The notes: generated by a model from the letters alone, not told the origin. 64,000 nt of DNA from Candidatus Saccharimonadales bacterium (GCA_025451045.1 JANWLD010000003.1:5690-69689); one strand, 5' to 3'. Shown: positions 44,834 to 53,793, counted from the stretch's first letter. Numbers and translations: made by a program.

Positions 44834-44908
44834 CGGGTCCTGACTCTTTTGGTATTCCATAAACTTCCACGATATTTGTTTATGGAAGCCTTCCAAAAGA
44901 GCCACCCG
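44834..44908 (-). repeat. 75-nt structured palindromic element, copy 2 (inverted relative to copy 1)
   Basis: Reverse complement matches 36532-36606, except that the inner-stem pairs are replaced (TTCCATAAAC/GTTTATGGAA). Begins 6 nt after the frr stop. Confidence 0.8.
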
Positions 44909-44943
44909 AAAATTCTTGGAGTCACTGAGGTATAATTTAGAGC

Positions 44944-46065
44944 ATGTCAGTGTTCTTGCTTATCCTAAGCTTATTATTATTTGTTGGCTTGGTTGTAGCC
45001 CATGAATGGGGTCATTTCGTCGTGGCTAGACGCGGTGGGGTAGAAGTCGAGGAATTCGGCATAGGCTTTCCGCCAAAAGCATGGGCCAAAAAAATCAAGA
45101 CTAAAAAAAGCCAGTTTCTGCTAAGCGTAAACCTATTGCCGCTAGGCGGTTTCGTGCGGCTCAAAGGAGAGCATGATTCAGACACCCGACCAGCCAGTTT
45201 CGGCGCCGCGCCGCTCGGTACCAAAGTCAAAATTATGCTGGCCGGAGTAGCAGTCAATCTGCTTATAGCCTATCTGATGTTAGTAGTATTGGCGGCAACC
45301 GCTATGCCGAAGATTATCGACAATCAATACACTGTAGCCAGCGATACTAAGGTTATCCAGCATGTCCAAAACGAAGATGTAGTTTTAACAGATAGCGTAG
45401 TATCCGGTTCTCCGGCCGAGAAAGCCGGGATAAAGCCGGGCGACAGAATACTTCAGCTGGATGGGCAAACTATATCATCACCTGAACAGATACCGCCGGT
45501 TACAGAACACAACGCAGGCAAGACCATAACCGTGAAGGTAGACAGAAATGGCAAAGAAGCTGTTTATCGGGTCACGCTGAACCAGCAAAACACAGGCGAC
45601 GGTTATCTTGGTATTTCCAGCAGTTCAGGACGTAGCGGCATAGAACTGCAGCGCTCAACCTGGTCTTCGCCGATAGTCGCGGCAGGACTTTTAAAACAAT
45701 TTTCCGAACTGACTTTTAAGGGCCTTGGTACGGCACTCTCAAGCTTAAGCAGGGGAGATACCAAGACAGCCAGCGAGCAGGTATCCGGCCCGGTTGGCAT
45801 ATTTTATATTTTGCGCGAAGGCGGCAAGCTGGGACTTAGTTTTATCCTGATGATAATTGCTATTATCTCGCTGACTTTGGCGCTAATAAACATATTGCCG
45901 ATTCCGGCTTTGGACGGTGGCCGGCTGTTTGTAACGCTACTGTTTCGGGCCATGAAAAAACCGCTTACCAAACGCCGGGAAGATTTTATTCATGGTTCCG
46001 GATTTGCGTTTTTGATGCTGTTATTTATTTTGGTGACCTTTGTAGATATAAAGCGGTTTTTCTAA
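44944..46065 (+). CDS. rseP: RIP metalloprotease RseP (site-2 protease, M50)
   Basis: HEWGHFVVAR, a PDZ segment (GSPAEKAGIKPGDRIL), and C-terminal TM with NILPIPALDGG. Confidence 0.9.
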   Translation: MSVFLLILSLLLFVGLVVAHEWGHFVVARRGGVEVEEFGIGFPPKAWAKKIKTKKSQFLLSVNLLPLGGFVRLKGEHDSDTRPASFGAAPLGTKVKIMLAGVAVNLLIAYLMLVVLAATAMPKIIDNQYTVASDTKVIQHVQNEDVVLTDSVVSGSPAEKAGIKPGDRILQLDGQTISSPEQIPPVTEHNAGKTITVKVDRNGKEAVYRVTLNQQNTGDGYLGISSSSGRSGIELQRSTWSSPIVAAGLLKQFSELTFKGLGTALSSLSRGDTKTASEQVSGPVGIFYILREGGKLGLSFILMIIAIISLTLALINILPIPALDGGRLFVTLLFRAMKKPLTKRREDFIHGSGFAFLMLLFILVTFVDIKRFF

Positions 46066-46872
46066 ATGAAACAAGATGATATCAACAACCATGGCCGCAA
46101 AATCTTAAAGAACCTGCAGAAAAATGACAAGCCAAAAAAAACCGGTTGGGGTCCGGTTTCAGCCATTTTAGTTACACTCGGAATTTATTTCGGCGCACAA
46201 CTGCTAGCGGCTTACATAATTATCCAATATCTGTTTTTAACTGGTAAAACTCGTAGCAACATACCTACGACTATCGATGATTCAGTAATTTTGCAGTTCA
46301 TTTTCATTGCTGTAGCTGAAGTCGTATCTTTGCTTTTGCTGTGGTGGTTTTTGCGCCGCAGAAAGGTTTCATGGCAGGCAATAGGGTTAAAAAGGCCAAC
46401 TGGCAAAAATCTAATCTATGCGCTGCCGGGGTACGTAATCTATTTTGCAATTATTCTTGCGACCCTTGCGCTCTTGCAGAATTTTGTTCCGGATATTGAC
46501 GTAAACCAGAACCAACAAGTCGGCTTTGAGACCGCCCATGGCGGGTTGTTAGTCTTGGTGTTTATCGCCTTGGTGATTTTGCCGGCCTTGGTTGAAGAAA
46601 TTATGATACGTGGTTTTTTGTATGGCGGCCTGAGAAAAAAACTGCCGGTAATAACTTCTGCTATCTTAGCCAGCACGATATTTGGATTGGCACATTTACA
46701 GCTGGGCAGTGGTGACAGCCCGGTCTGGGTGGCTGCCGTTGATACCTTTATTTTATCGATGGTACTTATCTGGCTGCGGGAAAAAACCGGCAATATCTGG
46801 GCCGGAGTGGTAGTTCATATGGCAAAAAATTCACTGGCTTTTCTAACCTTATTTGTCTTCAAAGGCCTTTAG
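46066..46872 (+). CDS. CPBP-family intramembrane glutamic endopeptidase (CAAX protease-like)
   Basis: EEIMIRGFLY and FGLAHL motifs. Polytopic. Confidence 0.8.
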   Translation: MKQDDINNHGRKILKNLQKNDKPKKTGWGPVSAILVTLGIYFGAQLLAAYIIIQYLFLTGKTRSNIPTTIDDSVILQFIFIAVAEVVSLLLLWWFLRRRKVSWQAIGLKRPTGKNLIYALPGYVIYFAIILATLALLQNFVPDIDVNQNQQVGFETAHGGLLVLVFIALVILPALVEEIMIRGFLYGGLRKKLPVITSAILASTIFGLAHLQLGSGDSPVWVAAVDTFILSMVLIWLREKTGNIWAGVVVHMAKNSLAFLTLFVFKGL

Positions 46873-47016
46873 GCTTTACAAACTACTGCCTATGTATTAG
46901 AGTAATTAGCCTGATGATAACCATTAGTAAATCTAGTTTTATATTACCGCCAGCCCCGGAACGACACCGGAGGCTAAGTTAGAATCTAAATAAATTTAAA
47001 AAGAATCACACGCAAG

Positions 47017-47046
47017 CGGCCTCCGGGCCGTTTTTTATTTTTTGCG
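47017..47046 (+). terminator. Intrinsic terminator ~145 nt downstream of the CPBP gene
   Basis: CGGCC-TCCG-GGCCG followed by TTTTTTATTTTTT. Confidence 0.6.
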
Positions 47047-47066
47047 GTGATTTTGGAGATTAAATT

Positions 47067-47528
47067 ATGGAAAACAGAACAGAGCGAGTAGAGGTCATAG
47101 TAGGAAAAGATGAATATTGGCACGATAAAATGACAGGTCGTGAAACAGATGAATTGACCCTTGGAGAAACCATAGAGCTTCATGGCGATGATTTGGCAGA
47201 GAAAGTAGCACTGGGCCAAATATCTGTAAAACACCTTAGACAAGCAGTGAGATTGTTAAATAGACTTGATGGGAAAGTAAGTAAACTTTTGGAGCCTTAT
47301 GGTGATGATGCCTTGGCGCTTGATTTGGAGGAAAGACTAGAAGCCGAATATAGATGGTTTGCGCACCATGTGTGTAAACATGCCCTAGACCAAGTCAAGA
47401 GCCAGTCCTCAAGAATAAGATTAAGAAATAAAATTAATAGGCCTAAATACGACCCAATGCCTGGCATGGGGCGTTTGGAGGGTCACGACTTTCAGGCTTT
47501 GAGAGAAGAGGCCGAACAGGTAGAATGA
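47067..47528 (+). CDS. Hypothetical protein (153 aa), AT-richer orphan
   Basis: Intact ORF with SD-like GGAG. No motif recognised. Confidence 0.5.
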   Translation: MENRTERVEVIVGKDEYWHDKMTGRETDELTLGETIELHGDDLAEKVALGQISVKHLRQAVRLLNRLDGKVSKLLEPYGDDALALDLEERLEAEYRWFAHHVCKHALDQVKSQSSRIRLRNKINRPKYDPMPGMGRLEGHDFQALREEAEQVE

Positions 47529-47541
47529 ATAAAGGATTAAA

Positions 47542-48792
47542 ATGAAATACTCCCAGCTTTTTACTAAAACAATAAAAAATGTTCCAGCCGACGAAACGGC
47601 TCGTAATGCGCAACTCCTCATCCAAGCCGGCTATATATATAAAGATATGGCCGGTGTTTATGCCTTTTTGCCGCTAGGGCTTAAAGTTCTTGAAAACATA
47701 AAACAGATAGTCCGTGAAGAGATGAATTCCATAGGCGGGCAGGAATTGCTAATGACCAGCCTCCAAAACAAGACAACTTGGGGAAAAACTGACCGCTGGA
47801 ATAGTAAAAATGTAGACGTATGGTTTAAAACCGAACTTCAGAACGGGACGGAATTAGGCTTGGCTTGGTCGCATGAAGAACAAATAACAACAATGATGAA
47901 TCAATATCTGAAAAGTCACCGAGATCTGCCGGCTTACGTGTATCAATTTCAGAACAAATTACGAAATGAGTTAAGGGCCAAAAGCGGCATTATGCGCTGC
48001 CGTGAATTTTTAATGAAAGACCTTTACTCTTACTCGCGGGATGAAAAACAACACCAAGAATTTTATGACAAAGTCAGTGAATCATATCAACGGATTTTCA
48101 AAAGGGTTGGATTAGGCGACTCTACCTACTTTACCTTTGCTTCCGGCGGCGCGTTTACGCAATTCAGTCATGAATTTCAGACGTTATGCGAGGCGGGCGA
48201 GGACACGATTTATGTCGACAAGAAAAAGAAGCTGGCTATTAATAAAGAAGTTTTATCTGACGAAGTATTGAAGCAATTAGGAGTCAATAAAGCGGATTTG
48301 GAAGAATATAAAGCGGCCGAAGTCGGTAATATTTTTAGTTTTGGCACTGCCAAAAGCGAACAAATTGGATTATTTTTCACTGATGCGGAAGGTAGTCAAA
48401 AACCTGTTGTGCTAGGCTCGTACGGAATCGGCATAACTCGGCTGATGGGAGTTCTCGTTGAGAAATTTGCTGATGAACACGGAATAATCTGGCCGGACAA
48501 TATAGCACCGTTTAAGGTTTATCTGGCAAGTGTCGGAGTTGATAAAAAGGTCTTGGAAGCGGCCGAGAAATTATATGAAGAACTGCAAAAAGCCGGAGTA
48601 GAAGTGTTATTTGATGATAGGGACATCCGGCCCGGCGAGAAATTTGCCGATGCGGATTTGATAGGTTTGCCTTGCAGGCTAGTGGTTAGCGAGAAATCAC
48701 TTGCCGGCGGCGGGGTAGAGTTCAAGAAAAGAACTTCGGACAATACGGAAATCATCAGTTTAGACAAAGCTATAAAACGACTTGCCGAATAA
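47542..48792 (+). CDS. proS: Prolyl-tRNA synthetase, compact form without INS editing domain
   Basis: Bacterial-type N-terminus (MKYSQLFTKT...AGYI....GVYAFLPLG). Only 416 aa. Confidence 0.85.
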   Translation: MKYSQLFTKTIKNVPADETARNAQLLIQAGYIYKDMAGVYAFLPLGLKVLENIKQIVREEMNSIGGQELLMTSLQNKTTWGKTDRWNSKNVDVWFKTELQNGTELGLAWSHEEQITTMMNQYLKSHRDLPAYVYQFQNKLRNELRAKSGIMRCREFLMKDLYSYSRDEKQHQEFYDKVSESYQRIFKRVGLGDSTYFTFASGGAFTQFSHEFQTLCEAGEDTIYVDKKKKLAINKEVLSDEVLKQLGVNKADLEEYKAAEVGNIFSFGTAKSEQIGLFFTDAEGSQKPVVLGSYGIGITRLMGVLVEKFADEHGIIWPDNIAPFKVYLASVGVDKKVLEAAEKLYEELQKAGVEVLFDDRDIRPGEKFADADLIGLPCRLVVSEKSLAGGGVEFKKRTSDNTEIISLDKAIKRLAE

Positions 48793-48857
48793 ATTCAAAT
48801 CGGTATAATCAATGTATCATTTCCTTGTATTTGTATGTTCAAGGGGAGGAGGAATAA

Positions 48858-49319
48858 ATGAAGAAACAGTTTCATATGACCAAATCAGGTATTGCTGAAC
48901 TGCAAACCGAACTAGATAGCCTGACAGCCCGCCGCGGTGAGATTGCCGATGCTATCAAAACGGCCCGCGAACAAGGTGATTTAAGTGAAAATGCCGAATA
49001 TCATTCTGCTAAGGATGACCAAGAGCGTACTGAAGCCCGGATTTCCGAGCTGGAACACATTTTAGCTAACACTGAAGTTATCAATAAGCCGCGCAGCGGT
49101 AAAAAAGTACAATTAGGCAGCACGGTAAAGCTCAAAAGCAAAGGTGGCAAAGAAAAGACTTTCCAGGTCGTCGGTACGGTTGAAGCTGACCCGCTGGAAG
49201 GCAAAATTTCCGACGAATCGCCAATCGGCCAGGCGTTAATCGGCCAAGAAGTCGGTAATTCAGTCGAAATAGTAACCCCGGCCGACACTACAACCTACAA
49301 AGTCGCCAGCATTAACTAA
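48858..49319 (+). CDS. greA: Transcription elongation factor GreA
   Basis: Typical GreA coiled coil plus C-terminal domain. SD GGAGGAGG. Confidence 0.9.
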   Translation: MKKQFHMTKSGIAELQTELDSLTARRGEIADAIKTAREQGDLSENAEYHSAKDDQERTEARISELEHILANTEVINKPRSGKKVQLGSTVKLKSKGGKEKTFQVVGTVEADPLEGKISDESPIGQALIGQEVGNSVEIVTPADTTTYKVASIN

Positions 49320-49343
49320 CTCCGGTATAATTGGATAGAAGTT

Positions 49344-50870
49344 ATGCAGTGGTTGGATAAAATTGTTAATGAGTTGATTACCCGTTATCCAGAGGGTGAA
49401 ATTTTAATTGAGTCCGGCGGTTCGCCTTCTGGCGAATATCACCTTGGGCATATGCGCGAACTGGTTATCTGTGATGCGATTCTTTTAGAGTTAAGAAACC
49501 GTGGGCGCAAAGCCAAACACATATATTTTGTAGATGATCTGGACGCGCTTAGAAAAATTCCGGTAAATATTCCAGCCGAATATGAAAAATACCTAGGCCA
49601 GCCGCTCTCAGATATACCGTCGCCGGAAGGAGACAAATCTTACGCTGATTATTTTATTGAAGGCCTTAAAGCCGGCTGTGTGTCTCTGGGCGTGGAAGTT
49701 GACTTTGTCTACGCGCACGAGAAATACAGGTCTGGTTTTTTCACAGAAGCGATTGAAAAGAGCCTAGAGAATATAGAACAAATAAAAAATATTCTGGAGA
49801 GCGTATCAAACAGGAAGCTAGGAAATGAGTGGTCGCCGATTCAGGTTAACGAAGGCGGTTATCTGAAGAAACGGCGATATTTAAGCATTGATGAGTCTGC
49901 GAAGATTTTGAAATACGAAGATAAAGAGGCCAAAGAGCAATCAATCCCTTACGACTCAGGCGATATAAAGCTGGATTGGCGGATTGATTGGCCTGCCCGA
50001 TGGTGGTTGCTTGGTGTTGCGGTCGAACCATTCGGCCGCGACCATGCTTCCTCAGGAGGCTCTTATGACACCGGCGAACAAATTATTAAGGAAATCTTTG
50101 GGGCTAAAGCGCCATTGGCTGTTAAATATGACTTTATCAACCTGTTTGGCGATACTAAAAAAATGAGCGCCAGCAAAGGTACCGGACTTTCGGCAAGCGA
50201 AGCAGCCGGGATTATTCCGTCGGAAGCCATGCGCTATTTTATTTTGAACGCTCCGCCGAATAAACTACTTCATTTTGACCCGATAGGCGGACTGACACGC
50301 TTAATCGATGAATTTGCTGAACTTTTGGCCAAACCCAACAAAGACGAAAGGGAAGAAAGGCTTCTAGAGCTTTGCACGAATGGCGTGGAGTCGGTTGTCA
50401 GCAATGTTCCGTTTTCTCATCTGGTAGACAGTTACCAGTCAGCTTTAAAAGATCCTGAAAAAACACTTCAAACCATTGCTAGGACCGAGCACGCCGTCAA
50501 CGTAAAAGCTCAACGGGAAACTATCTTAAAAGAACTGAAATTTATTGATAAATGGCTAAGCAGCTGGGCGCCGGAAGAAGTTAAATTTAATATTTTGGAT
50601 GAGGTTGATGGGTCAAAATTCAGCCCGGCTGAAAAAAACTACCTTAAATTACTGGCGGAAAAGATAGAATCCGGCCCGGCTGAGCCGGACGCCGAGTGGT
50701 TTCATAAAACCATATATGAATTCAAGGATAAGACTGAGCTTGAACCCAAAAAGCTTTTTCAGACCTTATACAAAGTTCTTATTGGCAAAGATTCCGGTCC
50801 GCGCGCCGGTTGGTTTCTCTCTACGCTGCCGCGGGATTGGCTGATTAAACGTTTGAAATTAGAATCCTAA
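49344..50870 (+). CDS. lysK: Lysyl-tRNA synthetase, class I
   Basis: SGEYHLGHMRE (HIGH-type) and KMSASKG (KMSKS-type) in a ~500-aa protein. Confidence 0.85.
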   Translation: MQWLDKIVNELITRYPEGEILIESGGSPSGEYHLGHMRELVICDAILLELRNRGRKAKHIYFVDDLDALRKIPVNIPAEYEKYLGQPLSDIPSPEGDKSYADYFIEGLKAGCVSLGVEVDFVYAHEKYRSGFFTEAIEKSLENIEQIKNILESVSNRKLGNEWSPIQVNEGGYLKKRRYLSIDESAKILKYEDKEAKEQSIPYDSGDIKLDWRIDWPARWWLLGVAVEPFGRDHASSGGSYDTGEQIIKEIFGAKAPLAVKYDFINLFGDTKKMSASKGTGLSASEAAGIIPSEAMRYFILNAPPNKLLHFDPIGGLTRLIDEFAELLAKPNKDEREERLLELCTNGVESVVSNVPFSHLVDSYQSALKDPEKTLQTIARTEHAVNVKAQRETILKELKFIDKWLSSWAPEEVKFNILDEVDGSKFSPAEKNYLKLLAEKIESGPAEPDAEWFHKTIYEFKDKTELEPKKLFQTLYKVLIGKDSGPRAGWFLSTLPRDWLIKRLKLES

Positions 50871-51397
50871 GATAAAAGCGATTCGAATTTCTTGCGGAAT
50901 TTCTCAAGTTTTGGATTGATGATGACTTGGCAATAGCCTACATTTGGATTGTTTTTATAAAAGTCCTGATGAAAATCCTCGGCCGGCCAAAATTTTTGAA
51001 GTTTGCTGATTTTTGTAACAATCGGATCTTTCCAAAGGGTTGGCGCAAAATTTTTGGTGATGTCTTCGGCAACCTTTCTTTGCTCTTTATCGTGGTAAAA
51101 GATTTCCGAGCGGTATTCGGTTCCAACGTCGTAACCTTGACGGTTCAAAGTTGTCGGGTCGTGGACATAGTAAAAGACTTCAAGCAACTGACGATAGGAA
51201 ATTATTTCAGAATCAAAAGTTATCTGAATCGCTTCAACGTGGCCGTTGTCACTATATGCAACTTTGTCGTACGTGGGATTGTCCACAGTACCGCCGGTGT
51301 AGCCGGAAACGACTTTTTTGACGCCTTTTATTTCCTGGTAAATAGCTTCGGTGCACCAGAAACAGCCTCCCGCCAATGTAGCTTGCGACTCATGCAC
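50867..51397 (-). CDS. msrA: Peptide-methionine (S)-S-oxide reductase MsrA
   Basis: Active-site GGCFWC. Confidence 0.9.
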   Translation of the reverse strand: MHESQATLAGGCFWCTEAIYQEIKGVKKVVSGYTGGTVDNPTYDKVAYSDNGHVEAIQITFDSEIISYRQLLEVFYYVHDPTTLNRQGYDVGTEYRSEIFYHDKEQRKVAEDITKNFAPTLWKDPIVTKISKLQKFWPAEDFHQDFYKNNPNVGYCQVIINPKLEKFRKKFESLLS

Positions 51398-51502
51398 CGC
51401 ACCAATCTCCCGCCAAAATAGCTTTTTGCATATAAACAGTTTATCACCGCTGAATTGTGATATAGTATTTTTAAGAAGTTATAAAAAGGGGAGAAATCAA
51501 AT

Positions 51503-52363
51503 ATGGCAAAAACTGCCAGAAAACCATCAACTAAAAAAACAAAAGCAAAAAGCGCTGCAAAGCAACCGGCTGTCGCCGCCGCGGCCGCTAAACCCAAGGC
51601 AAACAAGGCGCTGACGCTTGAAAAACTTTATAAATTTAATCTGTTCGCTGCTGCCTCTAACCTGATTTTCGCGGTCGTCAGTGTGATATTTGTTTCCAGC
51701 CAAACAGTTGATTTTACTTGGGCTTATGCGACACAAGACACGCTGGCCGGCTCGACGCTTGGTCCGGCTTACCGGACATTTATGACAGTCGAAATACGTT
51801 ACTTGTTGGCAGCGGTATTTATCCTGTCTGCAATATTTTCATTGTTACTGGCTACGAAATTGCGCAAAAACTATGAGGCCAGCGTAAAGAACGCTGCGTC
51901 TGGCTGGCGCTGGCTGTTTTCGGGGATAACACTTGCCCTGACCTTAGAAATAGCAACCTTGCTGGCCGGTATTGGAGATATGATGACCCTAAAGCTGGTC
52001 GCTGGCCTTATATTGACAACTTCGCTTTTGGCTTTCATGAGCGAGCTGGCCAACAAAGGTACAAAAAAACAATACAGAGCCTTTGCCATCAGTGTTTTTA
52101 CCGGTGTAATCGCCTGGTTCCCGTTAGCTGGAAGCCTGCTGGGAACAACATTATATGGCATCAGCAATTTTGAGTGGTATGTTTATACCTTCGCAGTTGC
52201 CGTATTAGCCGGCTTTATCGGTATTGGCTGGAGCCAATATAAACACGCTCGTGACGGTGTTTCGGCCAAAGGCTATCTGCAACTGGAAGGCAGATACGTA
52301 TCAATCGATTTTCTTATCAAGCTCGCTGCTTTCTTAATCATTATCTCAGCCCTGCATAAATAA
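51503..52363 (+). CDS. Heliorhodopsin-family 7-TM protein (divergent)
   Basis: Seven hydrophobic helices. By-eye alignment to remembered heliorhodopsin 48C12 across TM1, TM3-TM4 and TM7 (YLQLEGRYVSIDFLIKLAAFL vs YLRGERAYIVLSLVAKSALAW). Lys273 falls at the Schiff-base position. Confidence 0.6.
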   Translation: MAKTARKPSTKKTKAKSAAKQPAVAAAAAKPKANKALTLEKLYKFNLFAAASNLIFAVVSVIFVSSQTVDFTWAYATQDTLAGSTLGPAYRTFMTVEIRYLLAAVFILSAIFSLLLATKLRKNYEASVKNAASGWRWLFSGITLALTLEIATLLAGIGDMMTLKLVAGLILTTSLLAFMSELANKGTKKQYRAFAISVFTGVIAWFPLAGSLLGTTLYGISNFEWYVYTFAVAVLAGFIGIGWSQYKHARDGVSAKGYLQLEGRYVSIDFLIKLAAFLIIISALHK

Positions 52364-52369
52364 AGTCCG

Positions 52370-53056
52370 ATGCGTTTGCACAGGTTTTACGTTGTACCTG
52401 ATACTAAGCTTGAAAAAGATTTTTGGCTTCATGACCAGCAGTTGCTCTGGCAGTGGAACAAAGTATTGCGGTTTCGCCCGGGACAAGAGGTTATATTGTT
52501 TGCCGGCCAGAAAACGGAAAGATTGTACAAGCTGGCGGAAATATCCAAAACCGAAGCCCGCTTGGCGCTAGTGACCGAAATAAAGCTCAAATTACCACAA
52601 CGCCACGTGTATTTATTTTGGAGCCTGCTAAAGCGCGAGAACAATGAATACATAATTCAAAAATGCACTGAGCTGGGCGTATCAAATTTCGTACCGATAC
52701 TTAGCGAACGGACAATTAAAAAAGATTTTAACCCGGAGCGCGCTAAAAGAATTGCAATTGAGGCCAGCGAGCAATGCGGTCGGGGCAGTGTGCCTGTTGT
52801 CAGGGAACCTCTGCATCTGGAAAAAGCTTTAGAACAATATAAGGAAAAACTTGAACTCTATGTTTGCCAGCAGGGCGGTAACCCGATTCCATCGATTGAG
52901 GGCAAAAGTGCCGGGCTTTTAATCGGTCCGGAAGGCGGCTGGAGCGAGTCCGAGCAAAAAATGTTTTCATCATCCGGTTTGACCAGTTTGGGTTTGGGTG
53001 ATTTTACGCTTCGTGCCGAAACCGCCGCGATTGTTGCTAGTTCAAAACTCTTGTAA
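52370..53056 (+). CDS. rsmE: 16S rRNA (uracil1498-N3)-methyltransferase RsmE
   Basis: MRLHRFYV N-terminus. C-terminal SPOUT motif LLIGPEGGWSESE. Confidence 0.85.
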   Translation: MRLHRFYVVPDTKLEKDFWLHDQQLLWQWNKVLRFRPGQEVILFAGQKTERLYKLAEISKTEARLALVTEIKLKLPQRHVYLFWSLLKRENNEYIIQKCTELGVSNFVPILSERTIKKDFNPERAKRIAIEASEQCGRGSVPVVREPLHLEKALEQYKEKLELYVCQQGGNPIPSIEGKSAGLLIGPEGGWSESEQKMFSSSGLTSLGLGDFTLRAETAAIVASSKLL

Positions 53057-53065
53057 GCTAGAGGA

Positions 53066-53791
53066 ATGACTTTTGGAGTAATCGGCTATGGTTCGTTCGG
53101 TAAATTGATGTCGCATGTGTTGTCCGGCTATGGAGAGGTAATTGTTCATAGTCCATCCGGCAAGAAAGATGAGGCGGCCAATATATCTTTCACTTCCTTA
53201 GAGGAGGCAGCAAAGGCAGAGATGGTAATCTTAGCTGTAAATTTGGATGTTTTGGACCAAACCAGCAAAAAACTGGCTGGCTTGGTCAATAAAAATACCA
53301 TAATAGTTGATGTCTGCTCGGTGAAATCAAAGCCTATTAAGATATTGCAGAAAAACTTCGGTGAAAACGCTAAGATTCTGGCAACGCACCCGCTTTTTGG
53401 CCCGCAGACAGTGAAAGACGGTTCGGTGTCCGGCAAAAACATCGTAGTTTGCCCGCCGGATTTCGAAGGCAAAAACCGAATAATCGATTTTTTGAAAGAC
53501 CGGCTGAAGCTCAACGTGATTGAGATGTCGGCCGAAGAACATGACCATGAAATGGCCTGGGTACACGCATTGACTTTCTTTGTCGGTCGGGGGCTGATGA
53601 AACTCGATCCGCCAAAGAGCAAGCTCTCTACCGGTTATTACCAAAAACTGCTGGATTTAGTTGAGCTGGAGTCGACTCACAGTATAGAATTATTCAATAC
53701 GGTACAGCGGGGTAATCCGTTTGCCGCCGACATAAGACGTGAGTTTATGAATAAACTCGAAAAGATAGATAGTGAAGTAGGAAAAGATTAG
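53066..53791 (+). CDS. tyrA: Prephenate/arogenate dehydrogenase
   Basis: Rossmann GVIGYGSFG. ATHPLFGP motif. Confidence 0.75.
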   Translation: MTFGVIGYGSFGKLMSHVLSGYGEVIVHSPSGKKDEAANISFTSLEEAAKAEMVILAVNLDVLDQTSKKLAGLVNKNTIIVDVCSVKSKPIKILQKNFGENAKILATHPLFGPQTVKDGSVSGKNIVVCPPDFEGKNRIIDFLKDRLKLNVIEMSAEEHDHEMAWVHALTFFVGRGLMKLDPPKSKLSTGYYQKLLDLVELESTHSIELFNTVQRGNPFAADIRREFMNKLEKIDSEVGKD

Positions 53792-53793
53792 AT

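Noticed and set aside
53146-53644. 158-aa and 105-aa minus-strand ORFs
   Set aside because: They are antisense to tyrA, with no motifs.
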